Of a stretch of DNA of 32,000 nt, positions 1 through 8,657 are shown piece by piece (position 1 is the first letter of the stretch; every line of letters starts with the position of its first letter). The DNA comes from Mycobacterium tuberculosis H37Rv (GTDB lineage Bacteria; Actinomycetota; Actinomycetes; Mycobacteriales; Mycobacteriaceae). A program made the translations under genes and the position numbers. The stretch spans positions 390,001 to 422,000 of the forward strand of contig NC_000962.3 of NCBI RefSeq assembly GCF_000195955.2. Direction: 5' to 3'. The notes under the pieces are model-generated. The model did not search any database. It was not told where the DNA came from and saw nothing but the letters and a program-made list of their open reading frames with translations.

Positions 1-591
1 GACCCGCGGATCGGACGCCAATGCCTCAACGCGGGCTTGGGTTTCGGCGGCGGCTGCTTGCCCAAGGACATCCGCGCTTTCATGGCCCGCGCCGGCGAAC
101 TGGGAGCCGACCAGGCGTTGACGTTCCTGCGTGAAGTGGACAGCATCAACATGCGCCGGCGCACCAAGATGGTGGAACTGGCCACCACCGCATGCGGTGG
201 CTCGTTGCTGGGCGCCAATATTGCGGTGCTCGGCGCGGCGTTCAAACCCGAATCCGATGACGTGCGCGATTCGCCCGCCCTCAATGTGGCGGGCCAGCTG
301 CAGCTCAACGGCGCCACGGTCCACGTGTACGATCCAAAGGCCTTGGACAACGCCCACCGACTGTTCCCTACCTTGAACTATGCGGTTTCGGTTGCGGAGG
401 CCTGCGAGCGCGCGGACGCCGTGTTGGTGCTTACCGAATGGCGGGAGTTCATCGATCTCGAACCCGCTGATCTAGCCAACCGGGTGCGGGCCCGGGTGAT
501 CGTGGACGGCCGCAACTGCCTCGACGTGACCCGCTGGCGGCGGGCAGGCTGGCGGGTGTTCCGGCTGGGAGTGCCGCGATTAGGGCACTGA
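1..591 (+). CDS. udgA: UDP-glucose 6-dehydrogenase, C-terminal part (5' end outside window)
   Basis: Frame 1 is open from base 1; contains the catalytic motif NAGLGFGGGCLPKD and the UDPGDH C-terminal domain (VLGAAFKPESDDVRDSPALNVA, NCLD); stop TGA 589-591. Confidence 0.95.
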   Translation, partial: DPRIGRQCLNAGLGFGGGCLPKDIRAFMARAGELGADQALTFLREVDSINMRRRTKMVELATTACGGSLLGANIAVLGAAFKPESDDVRDSPALNVAGQLQLNGATVHVYDPKALDNAHRLFPTLNYAVSVAEACERADAVLVLTEWREFIDLEPADLANRVRARVIVDGRNCLDVTRWRRAGWRVFRLGVPRLGH

Positions 592-1251
592 CCGGCGCAG
601 CCAGCGCAAGTACTCTCGGTCACCGAGCAGTTCCAGACGACGCCACAGCACGGGGTTGTCGGCGGACTGGGTGAAATGGCAGCCGATAGCGGCTAGCTGT
701 CGGCTGCGGTCAACCTCGATCATGATGTCGAGGTGACCGTGACCGCGCCCCCCGAAGGAGGCGCTGAACTCGGCGTTGAGCCGATCGGCGATCGGTTGGG
801 GCAGTGCCCAGGCCAATACGGGGATACTGGGTGTCGAAGCCGCCGCGAGCGCAGCTTCGGTTGCGCGACGGTGGTCGGGGTGGCCTGTTACGCCGTTGTC
901 GTCGAACACGAGTAGCAGGTCTGCTCCGGCGAGGGCATCCACCACGCGTTGCGTCAGCTCGTTGAGCGGGATCTGCGCTAGACCGTTATCCGGGTATGCG
1001 AGTAGTTGCACATGATCGACACCCAGGACCTGTGCCGCAGCGGCGAGTTCCTCCCGGCGCACCTCACCGAGGTTTCGGTCGGTCCGGCCGAGTGTGGAGG
1101 CCTCGCCGTGGGTGAAGCACAATCCTCGCAGCCGCGTTCCCTGCGCCGTGAAATCACCCAATACCGCCCCGAGCCCGAAGGACTCGTCGTCCGGATGGGC
1201 GAACACAGCAAGCACTTCGTGTGCGCAGGGGAGACGGTTGCAGCTGTTCAT
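580..1251 (-). CDS. PIG-L/LmbE-family deacetylase-like protein (Rv0323c-like), 223 aa
   Basis: VLAVFAHPDDESFGLGAVLG motif and GHPDHRR; internal ATG at 1249-1251 of the longer 580..1512 ORF is the sensible start. Confidence 0.88.
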   Translation of the reverse strand: MNSCNRLPCAHEVLAVFAHPDDESFGLGAVLGDFTAQGTRLRGLCFTHGEASTLGRTDRNLGEVRREELAAAAQVLGVDHVQLLAYPDNGLAQIPLNELTQRVVDALAGADLLLVFDDNGVTGHPDHRRATEAALAAASTPSIPVLAWALPQPIADRLNAEFSASFGGRGHGHLDIMIEVDRSRQLAAIGCHFTQSADNPVLWRRLELLGDREYLRWLRRSVP

Positions 1252-1309
1252 CGATTCACCGTCCGGAGGATCCGTGCGCGCGGGTGGACAGCCGCCGCAT
1301 ATTATGTAG

Positions 1310-1336
1310 TTCCAATGAGCAATGGAATTATATTCC
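1310..1336. promoter_or_regulatory. Candidate ArsR-family operator (overlapping inverted repeats)
   Basis: TTCCA-N8-TGGAA (1310-1327) overlapping GGAAT-TAT-ATTCC (1324-1336), 15-42 nt upstream of the ArsR gene in the divergent intergenic region. Confidence 0.5.
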
Positions 1337-1351
1337 CAAGGATGACTGGAA

Positions 1352-2032
1352 ATGGCTGGACAGTCCGATCGTAAGGCGGCGTTGTTGGACCAGGTAGCGC
1401 GCGTGGGCAAGGCGCTGGCCAATGGGCGGCGATTGCAAATCCTGGACTTGCTCGCCCAAGGTGAGCGCGCGGTAGAAGCGATCGCGACGGCGACCGGGAT
1501 GAACCTGACCACGGCATCGGCGAATCTGCAGGCGCTGAAGAGCGGCGGGCTGGTCGAGGCTCGCCGCGAGGGGACCCGGCAGTACTACCGGATTGCTGGG
1601 GAAGACGTGGCAAGGCTGTTCGCGCTGGTGCAAGTGGTTGCCGACGAGCATCTGGCCGACGTGGCGGTCGCGGCCGCAGACGTGCTCGGTTCGCCGGAGG
1701 ATGCGATCACCCGTGCGGAGCTGCTGCGGCGGCGCGAAGCCGGCGAGGTCACCCTGGTCGACGTGCGACCGCACGAGGAATACCAGGCCGGCCATATCCC
1801 GGGCGCCATCAATATCCCGATAGCCGAACTGGCCGACCGGCTCGCCGAACTAACTGGCGACCGCGACATTGTCGCCTACTGTCGTGGTGCCTACTGCGTC
1901 ATGGCCCCCGATGCCGTCCGCATCGCGCGCGACGCGGGGCGGGAGGTGAAACGCCTCGACGACGGAATGCTCGAATGGCGATTGGCCGGACTGCCGGTCG
2001 ACGAGGGTGCACCGGTCGGGCATGGGGATTGA
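1352..2032 (+). CDS. ArsR-family HTH regulator fused to rhodanese domain (Rv0324-like), 226 aa
   Basis: N-terminal winged HTH (RRLQILDLLAQGERAVEAIATATGMNLTTASANLQALKSGGLVEARREGTRQYYRI) and C-terminal rhodanese (LVDVRPHEEYQAGHIPGAINIP...VAYCRGAYCVMA). Confidence 0.93.
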   Translation: MAGQSDRKAALLDQVARVGKALANGRRLQILDLLAQGERAVEAIATATGMNLTTASANLQALKSGGLVEARREGTRQYYRIAGEDVARLFALVQVVADEHLADVAVAAADVLGSPEDAITRAELLRRREAGEVTLVDVRPHEEYQAGHIPGAINIPIAELADRLAELTGDRDIVAYCRGAYCVMAPDAVRIARDAGREVKRLDDGMLEWRLAGLPVDEGAPVGHGD

Positions 2033-2038
2033 TCGCCC

Positions 2039-2728
2039 GTGGGGCCGAAGGGAAGTCTACGTTTGGTGAAGCGGCAGCCAGAACTGCTCGTTGCCCAGCA
2101 TGAACACTGGCAGGACACCTACCGAGCGCATCCGGTGCTGTACGGAACCCGCCCGTCAGAGCCGGGGGTATATGCCGCCGAGGTGTTCAATGCCGACGGC
2201 GTGCAGCGGGTGCTGGAGTTGGCGGCCGGTCATGGGCGTGACACCCTGTATTTCGCTGGCTAGGGCTTCACGGTGGTGGCCACCGATTTCAGCGACGTTG
2301 CCGTCGCGCAACTTCGCCGAAGTGCCCAAGCGCGCGGGGTCTCCGCGCGGGTGCAACCGATTGTGCACGATCTGCGCCAGCCTCTGCCCGTCAAAACCGG
2401 TTCCATTGACGGCGCCTTTGCACACATGGCGTTGTGTATGGCGTTGTCCACCAGCGAAATTCATGCAGTCGTTGCCGAGGTCGGCCGGGTGTTGAGGCCG
2501 GGTGGAAAGTTCATCTACACCGTTCGGCATACCGGCGATGCGCACTACGGCGCCGGGCAGGCCCACGGTGACGACATCTTCGAGTGCGCAGGGTTCGCAG
2601 TGCACTTCTTCCGCCGTGAGCTGGTAGCGCGCCTGGCTACCGGTTGGGTACTCGAGGAGGTACACGATTTCGAGGAAGGTGAGCTGCCCCGGCGGCTATG
2701 GCGGGTCACTGTCACCAAGCCCGCCTAG
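2039..2728 (+). pseudogene. Class I SAM-dependent methyltransferase split by in-frame TAG (2261-2263) into 74 aa (Rv0325-like, 2039-2263) and 151 aa (Rv0326-like, 2273-2728) ORFs
   Basis: Both ORFs are in the same frame; read-through gives VLELAAGHGRDTLYFAG*GFTVVATDFSDVAV, i.e. motif I interrupted between beta1 and beta2. Confidence 0.85.
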
Positions 2729-4045
2729 CCGGCGCTGTGGGATCAGCCGCAGGTGTGCACCGTGTTTGGGGACGGTGGTGATGTTGCGCACCAACGGAGT
2801 CTCGCCTTTGGACGGGCCGGCGGCGGTGATGGTGAAGCGGCGGAAAATCTCTTGCAGGATGACCGCTCCCTCGGTGAGGGCGAACCCGAAGCCGAGGCAT
2901 CGGCGCACACCGCCGCCGAATGGCAGCCAGGTGTTGGGTGCCACGCTGCCGTCAAGGAACCGGCTAGGACGAAACTCTGTGGGTTTGGGGTGCGATACCT
3001 CGCTGGCGTGGGCCAACAGGATCGACGTGTTGACCACCGTCCCCGCTGGCAGTCGCCAACCACCGATCTCTGCCGGCGCGGTGACCTTGCGAGCGGTAGA
3101 AGCGATGACGGTGTGTCGGCGCATTCCTTCCTTGAGGACGGCCTCCAAGAATCCGTCGTCACCGCCGACGGCAGCCCAGACTACTTGGCTTTGGATTTCC
3201 GGAGCATGGGCAAGTTCCCACAACGTCCAGGACAGGGCGGCGGCGGTTGTCTCATGACCGGCCAGCAGCAACGTGATGAGCTGGTCGCGAAGCTCGGCAT
3301 CGGTCAGCGGCTTAGTAGGCGTGTCCTTGGTTTGCAAAAGTCTGGATAGCACGTCGGTTCGGGCGGTGAGATCGGAATCGATACGGCGGGAGGCGATCTC
3401 GCGGTAGAGGATCTCGTCTATCTTGGTTTGGTTATGGAAGAAGCGCTTCCAGGGATTCATCCGCTTGAGCGACGGGTACGGAACGCCCGCGAGAATCGCG
3501 GGATGGATGTTTATGATCTGTTGCAGCCGACTAGTCAACTCGGCCTTGACTTTTGGGTCAGTGACCCCGAAAACGACCCGCAGGATGATGTCGAGGGTGA
3601 GCGCATTCATGTGGTCAAGACTGTTGATCGTTGCGTGGGGCCGCCAGCGCGTGATGTGTTCACGCGCAACGGAGGCGATCATGTCGCGGTATCCGCGCAG
3701 CGCGGCGCGGGTGAACGCGGGCATGAGCAGCGATCGCATCCGCGCGTGTTCGGCTTCGTCGGTCATCAATACCGAGTGCTCGCCCATGACAAAACCAAGG
3801 ATGTGGTTGCCTTCGCCCGCGTGCAGCGACCTCGGGTCGGCCGCGAAGATCTCTTTGATGTGTTCGGGGCGGGTATAGACCACGAGGTTGTCGGCATATG
3901 GGGGCACCCGCAAGGAGAACACGTCGCCGTACTTGCGATGCATCGCTGGCAGGAACCATTCCCGAAACCTCAGGTACAGCACGCTCTGCAGGTAGCGGGG
4001 TAGCCGCGGCCCGGGTGGCAGGCCCGTCGTCAACGTGCTTGCCAT
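2696..4045 (-). CDS. cyp135A1: Cytochrome P450 (CYP135A1), 449 aa
   Basis: I-helix AGHETTAAALSW, ExxR region, heme-binding FGGGVRRCLGFGFA; start MASTLTTGLPPGPR at 4045. Confidence 0.93.
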   Translation of the reverse strand: MASTLTTGLPPGPRLPRYLQSVLYLRFREWFLPAMHRKYGDVFSLRVPPYADNLVVYTRPEHIKEIFAADPRSLHAGEGNHILGFVMGEHSVLMTDEAEHARMRSLLMPAFTRAALRGYRDMIASVAREHITRWRPHATINSLDHMNALTLDIILRVVFGVTDPKVKAELTSRLQQIINIHPAILAGVPYPSLKRMNPWKRFFHNQTKIDEILYREIASRRIDSDLTARTDVLSRLLQTKDTPTKPLTDAELRDQLITLLLAGHETTAAALSWTLWELAHAPEIQSQVVWAAVGGDDGFLEAVLKEGMRRHTVIASTARKVTAPAEIGGWRLPAGTVVNTSILLAHASEVSHPKPTEFRPSRFLDGSVAPNTWLPFGGGVRRCLGFGFALTEGAVILQEIFRRFTITAAGPSKGETPLVRNITTVPKHGAHLRLIPQRRLGGLGDSDPP

Positions 4046-4058
4046 GGCGGCTCCCTTC

Positions 4059-4095
4059 TGATAATCAAATGTTTGATGTAAACGAATGCTTATCA
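4059..4095. promoter_or_regulatory. Candidate TetR-type operator region between cyp135A1 and the TetR gene
   Basis: Perfect IR ATCAAA-TG-TTTGAT (4064-4077) nested in outer IR TGATAA (4059-4064)...TTATCA (4090-4095); divergent promoter region. Confidence 0.55.
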
Positions 4096-4110
4096 CGATA
4101 GGATGCAGCT

Positions 4111-4713
4111 GTGCAACAGCAACGCACAAACCGCGACAAACTGCTCGACGGCGCTCTGGCTTGTTTACGAGAACGCGGCTACGGCAACACCAGCTCGCGC
4201 GACATCGCTCGTGCGGCAGGGGTGAACATCGCGTCGATCAACTACCACTTCGGTAGCAAGGACGCGCTGCTCGACGATGCGCTCGGCCGGTGCTTTTCGA
4301 CGTGGAACCAGCGTGTCCAGGAGGCATTCGATCACTCCCGCGCCGCCGGTCCGGCCGGGCAGATCCTGGCGGTACTCGAAGCCACCGTCGATTCGTTCGA
4401 GCAGATCCGCCCCGCCGTGTATGCGTGTGTGGAGTCATACGCTCCGGCGTTGCGCTCAGAGGCCTTGCGGGAGCGCCTGGCCGCCGGATATGCCGACGTT
4501 CGGCAGCATTCGGTCGATCTGGCTGGCGCTGCGCTTGCCGGTACCGACATAGCACCGCCGGAGAACCTGTCGACCATCGTCTCGGTGTTGATGGCGGTCA
4601 TCGATGGCCTCATGATCCAGTGGATCGCCGATCCGTCCGCCACCCCGCGATCGACCGAGGTAATCCGAGCGCTTGCCAGCATCGGCGCGGTCGTCACGTC
4701 GCAGTTGCGGTGA
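4111..4713 (+). CDS. TetR-family transcriptional regulator (Rv0328-like), 200 aa
   Basis: N-terminal HTH: RDKLLDGALACLRERGYGNTSSRDIARAAGVNIASINYHFGSKDALL; GTG start. Confidence 0.92.
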   Translation: MQQQRTNRDKLLDGALACLRERGYGNTSSRDIARAAGVNIASINYHFGSKDALLDDALGRCFSTWNQRVQEAFDHSRAAGPAGQILAVLEATVDSFEQIRPAVYACVESYAPALRSEALRERLAAGYADVRQHSVDLAGAALAGTDIAPPENLSTIVSVLMAVIDGLMIQWIADPSATPRSTEVIRALASIGAVVTSQLR

Positions 4714-5320
4714 ACCACACGGTCGCCGGATGGTCTGCACTGCGCTTGATGCCGACGTCGATGAAGCCGGCAGCGCCAAGCCACGCGGCGGTGTCGAGGG
4801 TGGGGGGCACGCGATAGATCGCGGGATCGAAACGGGCCGCCAGTGGTTGGTCATCGGATATCGATGTAAGGACGAGTCGACCCCCGGGCCGCAGGGCTCG
4901 AGCGATGTCGCAAAGGCTGGCGCGGGGATCGGGCCAGAAGTAAAAGTTGTGCACGCCGAGCACCTTGTCAAGGCTGTGGTCGGCAACCGGCAGGGTTACT
5001 CCATCGCCGTGATAAAGCGAGATCAGGCCGGCTGCAATGGCTTTCGCGTTGTGATGGGCCGCGATTGCGATCATGGTCGTCGACACCTCGACGCCGCTCA
5101 CTTGCGCGCCGGCGGCGGCGAGCAGCCCAAGGGTTCGGCCGGGGCCAAAGCCGATCTCGCAAACCCGCTCGCCCGGGCCGGGCGCGAGCAGCTCGACGGC
5201 GATGCGATTGACGTCGGCGGTCTCGGCTCGCCAGATCCGTCCCAGTAGGCGGCCGAACGCGCCTGTTGGCCGGGCAGCCTGACTGGATAGGTACCGTCGG
5301 GCCGGATGTGTGAGGCGCAT
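4694..5320 (-). CDS. SAM-dependent methyltransferase (Rv0329c-like), 208 aa
   Basis: Motif I VCEIGFGPGRTLGLLAAAGAQVSGVEVS; DHSLDKVLGVHNFYFW; LRPGGRLVLTS. Confidence 0.9.
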   Translation of the reverse strand: MRLTHPARRYLSSQAARPTGAFGRLLGRIWRAETADVNRIAVELLAPGPGERVCEIGFGPGRTLGLLAAAGAQVSGVEVSTTMIAIAAHHNAKAIAAGLISLYHGDGVTLPVADHSLDKVLGVHNFYFWPDPRASLCDIARALRPGGRLVLTSISDDQPLAARFDPAIYRVPPTLDTAAWLGAAGFIDVGIKRSADHPATVWFTATAT

Positions 5321-5346
5321 GGGGACGACCTTTCGGTTGCAAGCGG

Positions 5347-6087
5347 TTAGTCCGAAGAAGCTGTGGTGGCCCGAACGACAAACTCGGCGAGGGTCGCAGC
5401 GATCGCATCGTCATCGATCACGCCAGGTTGCACGATCGACCAAGGCTCCGGTGACGGGTCGAAGTGAAGATGCACCGCCCACAACGCGCACAACTCGACG
5501 ATGGTCCGGGCCACCATCGGTGCCGGCCCGGGCAGGATCAGAAGGCCGGCGCGCTCGCGGTGCACTAGGTATGCCTGGACCGCATCGACTTGGGCGTTCC
5601 GGCCGGTGCCGAACCAAACCTCGGCGAGGTCGGGTAGCTCGGGGGCACAGCGGTCGACCAGTTTGAGCGCGATCCGGTGCCGGGCCAGGCGGCTGTAGAG
5701 GTCGGTGACGATACCGGCGAGTTCTGCTCGCGCGTCTCCAGTCGTCGCACCCGGCGGCAAAGTCGCTCGCAACGCGTGCGTGAGCCGCATGTCGGTGACC
5801 TCGCCAGCCAGTCGGGCCGACACCACAGCTGCGATCTCGCCCGCAACGGGAGCGGCCACCGGCAGTTCGGATGCCAGCGGAAGGGCTTCCTGAGCGTCGC
5901 CGTAGCGCACCGCCGCCGCGAACAGCGCAGCCTTGCCCTGGGCGTAGCCATACAGCGTGCCTTTGGCCAGGGCGAGTGCGTCGGCCACGTCCTGCACCTG
6001 GGTGCGCTGGTAACCGTGGGCGATGAACACCCGCGCCGACGCGGCGACAATCGCGGAAAACCGGTCCGCGGGAATGCTGCGGGCCAT
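5347..6087 (-). CDS. TetR-like transcriptional regulator (Rv0330c-like), 246 aa
   Basis: FSAIVAASARVFIAHGYQRTQVQDVADALALAKGTLYGYAQGKAALFAAAV TetR-type HTH. Confidence 0.87.
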   Translation of the reverse strand: MARSIPADRFSAIVAASARVFIAHGYQRTQVQDVADALALAKGTLYGYAQGKAALFAAAVRYGDAQEALPLASELPVAAPVAGEIAAVVSARLAGEVTDMRLTHALRATLPPGATTGDARAELAGIVTDLYSRLARHRIALKLVDRCAPELPDLAEVWFGTGRNAQVDAVQAYLVHRERAGLLILPGPAPMVARTIVELCALWAVHLHFDPSPEPWSIVQPGVIDDDAIAATLAEFVVRATTASSD

Positions 6088-6102
6088 GGGCCGATAATAG
6101 TT

Positions 6103-6121
6103 TGACTGACTCGGTCAGTCA
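6103..6121. promoter_or_regulatory. Candidate TetR operator, 19-bp perfect inverted repeat TGACTGAC-TCG-GTCAGTCA
   Basis: 8-bp perfect arms, 3-nt spacer, 15 nt upstream of the TetR-like gene and 79 nt upstream of the SQR-like gene. Confidence 0.75.
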
Positions 6122-6200
6122 CCCCAAGACCTTGCGCAAGACTGCGGCGGAATCTAATATTCCAAAGATATATGGAACTCGATGCGAAGGAATCAGGCTC

Positions 6201-7367
6201 ATGAGCAAGACGGTTCTCATCCTTGGCGCGGGTGTCGGCGGCCTGACCACCGCCGACACCCTCCGTCAACTGCTACCACCTGAGGATCGAATCATATTGG
6301 TGGACAGGAGCTTTGACGGGACGCTGGGCTTGTCGTTGCTATGGGTGTTGCGGGGCTGGCGGCGGCCTGACGACGTCCGCGTCCGCCCCACCGCGGCGTC
6401 GCTGCCCGGTGTGGAAATGGTTACTGCAACCGTCGCCCACATTGACATCGCGGCCCAGGTAGTGCACACCGACAACAGCGTCATCGGCTATGACGCGTTG
6501 GTGATCGCATTAGGTGCGGCGCTGAACACCGACGCCGTTCCCGGACTGTCGGACGCGCTCGACGCCGACGTCGCGGGCCAGTTCTACACCCTGGACGGCG
6601 CGGCTGAGCTGCGTGCGAAGGTCGAGGCGCTCGAGCATGGCCGGATCGCTGTGGCTATCGCCGGGGTGCCGTTCAAATGCCCAGCCGCACCGTTCGAAGC
6701 GGCGTTTCTGATCGCCGCCCAACTCGGTGACCGCTACGCCACCGGAACCGTACAGATCGACACGTTCACGCCTGACCCGCTGCCGATGCCCGTTGCAGGT
6801 CCCGAGGTCGGCGAGGCTTTGGTCTCGATGCTCAAGGATCACGGTGTCGGCTTCCATCCTCGCAAGGCCCTAGCTCGCGTCGATGAGGCCGCAAGGACGA
6901 TGCACTTCGGTGACGGCACGTCCGAACCGTTCGATCTGCTTGCCGTGGTCCCCCCGCACGTGCCCTCCGCCGCGGCGCGGTCAGCGGGTCTCAGCGAATC
7001 CGGGTGGATACCCGTGGACCCGCGCACCCTGTCCACTAGCGCCGACAACGTGTGGGCCATCGGCGATGCGACCGTGCTGACGCTGCCGAATGGCAAACCG
7101 CTGCCCAAGGCTGCCGTGTTCGCCGAAGCCCAGGCCGCAGTTGTCGCCCACGGCGTCGCCCGCCATCTCGGTTACGACGTAGCTGAGCGCCACTTCACCG
7201 GCACGGGCGCCTGCTACGTCGAGACCGGTGATCACCAGGCAGCCAAGGGCGACGGCGATTTCTTCGCTCCGTCGGCGCCCTCGGTGACGCTGTACCCGCC
7301 GTCGCGGGAGTTTCACGAGGAGAAGGTCGCACAAGAACTGGCCTGGCTGACCCGCTGGAAGACGTGA
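6201..7367 (+). CDS. FAD-dependent sulfide:quinone reductase-like protein (Rv0331-like), 388 aa
   Basis: Rossmann GxGxxG (VLILGAGVGGLTTADTL), SQR-like Cys motif AGVPFKCPAAPFEAAF, second FAD motif VWAIGDATVL; ATG 6201 preferred over the upstream start at 6102, which would overlap the operator. Confidence 0.88.
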   Translation: MSKTVLILGAGVGGLTTADTLRQLLPPEDRIILVDRSFDGTLGLSLLWVLRGWRRPDDVRVRPTAASLPGVEMVTATVAHIDIAAQVVHTDNSVIGYDALVIALGAALNTDAVPGLSDALDADVAGQFYTLDGAAELRAKVEALEHGRIAVAIAGVPFKCPAAPFEAAFLIAAQLGDRYATGTVQIDTFTPDPLPMPVAGPEVGEALVSMLKDHGVGFHPRKALARVDEAARTMHFGDGTSEPFDLLAVVPPHVPSAAARSAGLSESGWIPVDPRTLSTSADNVWAIGDATVLTLPNGKPLPKAAVFAEAQAAVVAHGVARHLGYDVAERHFTGTGACYVETGDHQAAKGDGDFFAPSAPSVTLYPPSREFHEEKVAQELAWLTRWKT

Positions 7368-7441
7368 CACGCCGGTGGGCGCGGCCCCCTACCACGGCTC
7401 CTACCGGCGCCCCTGAAACACCAGACTGTGGATAACCGCTG

Positions 7442-8227
7442 TTGCGCAAGCCTGCTAGTAGCCTCGCCAAGGTGGACTACTCGTCGGCATACCTGGAGCA
7501 GACCCACGCCTTCGGCGAACTGATCCGCAACGTCGATCAATCCACCCCGGTGCCGACCTGCCCGGGCTGGAGCCTGGGTCAACTATTCCGCCACGTCGGG
7601 CGCGGGGACCGCTGGGCGGCGCAGATTGTCCGCGATCGACTCGACCATTTCCTCGATCCACGCAGCGTCGAGGGCGGTAAGCCACCGCCGGACCCCGACG
7701 ACGCGATCTCCTGGCTGTACGGCGGGGCGCGGCTGCTGGTCGACGCTGTGGAACAAACGGGTGTGGAAACGCCGGTGTGGACCTTCCTCGGACCGCGCCC
7801 GGCGGGCTGGTGGGTTCGGCGGCGGCTACACGAGGTCGCAGTGCACCGCGCCGACGTGGCGATCACCGTCGGGGGCGAATTCACACTGGAACCGAACGTG
7901 GCAGCCGACGGGATCAGCGAATTCCTGGAGCGCATAGCGGTCCAGGCCGGCAGCGGCGGCACGCCATTACCGCTCGAAGACGACGACACCTTACATCTGC
8001 ACGCCACCGATCCGGGGCTTCTTGAAGCCGGCGAATGGACGGTTCGTCGCGACGAGCGCGGCGTCACCTGGTCGCATCGGCACGGAAAGGGTGCCGTGGC
8101 ACTGCGTGGCGGCGCCACCGAGCTGCTGCTGGCGATGGTGCGCCGACTCTCGGTTGCCGACACCGGCATCGAGCTGTTGGGGGATGCCGGGGTATGGCAA
8201 AAATGGCTGGATCGCACGCCGCTGTAG
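7442..8227 (+). CDS. Maleylpyruvate isomerase N-terminal (DinB-like) domain protein (Rv0332-like), 261 aa
   Basis: DQSTPVPTCPGWSLGQLFRHVGRGDRWAAQIV...RPAGWWVRRRLHEVAVHRADV signature. TTG 7442 or GTG 7472 start. Confidence 0.8.
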   Translation: MRKPASSLAKVDYSSAYLEQTHAFGELIRNVDQSTPVPTCPGWSLGQLFRHVGRGDRWAAQIVRDRLDHFLDPRSVEGGKPPPDPDDAISWLYGGARLLVDAVEQTGVETPVWTFLGPRPAGWWVRRRLHEVAVHRADVAITVGGEFTLEPNVAADGISEFLERIAVQAGSGGTPLPLEDDDTLHLHATDPGLLEAGEWTVRRDERGVTWSHRHGKGAVALRGGATELLLAMVRRLSVADTGIELLGDAGVWQKWLDRTPL

Positions 8228-8253
8228 CCGCCGCACACGGTAACTTTCAGACC

Positions 8254-8628
8254 ATGACCACATCGGAGATCGCTACCGTGCTGGCCTGGCACGACGCCCT
8301 CAATGCCGCCGACATTGAGACCCTCGTGGCGTTGTCTACTGACGACATCGACATCGGTGACGCGCACGGGGCTGTACAGGGCCACGATGCGCTGCGCGGG
8401 TGGGCCAGCTCGCTCACCACAACCGCAGAACTTGGCCGCATGTACGTGCACCACGGAGTCGTGGTCGTCGAACAAAAGATCACCAGCGGCGAAGATCCGG
8501 GCATCGCCAGGACCGGCGCCGCGGCGTTCCGTGTGGTCCAAGACCACGTCGCATCGGTTTTCCGGCACGAAGACTTGGCGTCGGCGCTGGCGGCCACCGA
8601 ACTCACCGAGGACGATTTGGTCGATTGA
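8254..8628 (+). CDS. SnoaL-like/NTF2-fold small protein (Rv0333-like), 124 aa
   Basis: LAWHDALNAADIETLVALSTDDIDIGDAHGAVQGHDALRGW pattern; ATG 8254. Confidence 0.75.
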   Translation: MTTSEIATVLAWHDALNAADIETLVALSTDDIDIGDAHGAVQGHDALRGWASSLTTTAELGRMYVHHGVVVVEQKITSGEDPGIARTGAAAFRVVQDHVASVFRHEDLASALAATELTEDDLVD

Positions 8629-8657
8629 GGTCGGCGAACGGCAGTTAGGAGCCAGTT

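Noticed and set aside
6102-6200. Upstream start of the SQR-like ORF (421 aa)
   Set aside because: The extra 33 residues precede the Rossmann start and overlap the 19-bp operator; ATG 6201 directly precedes the GxGxxG motif.
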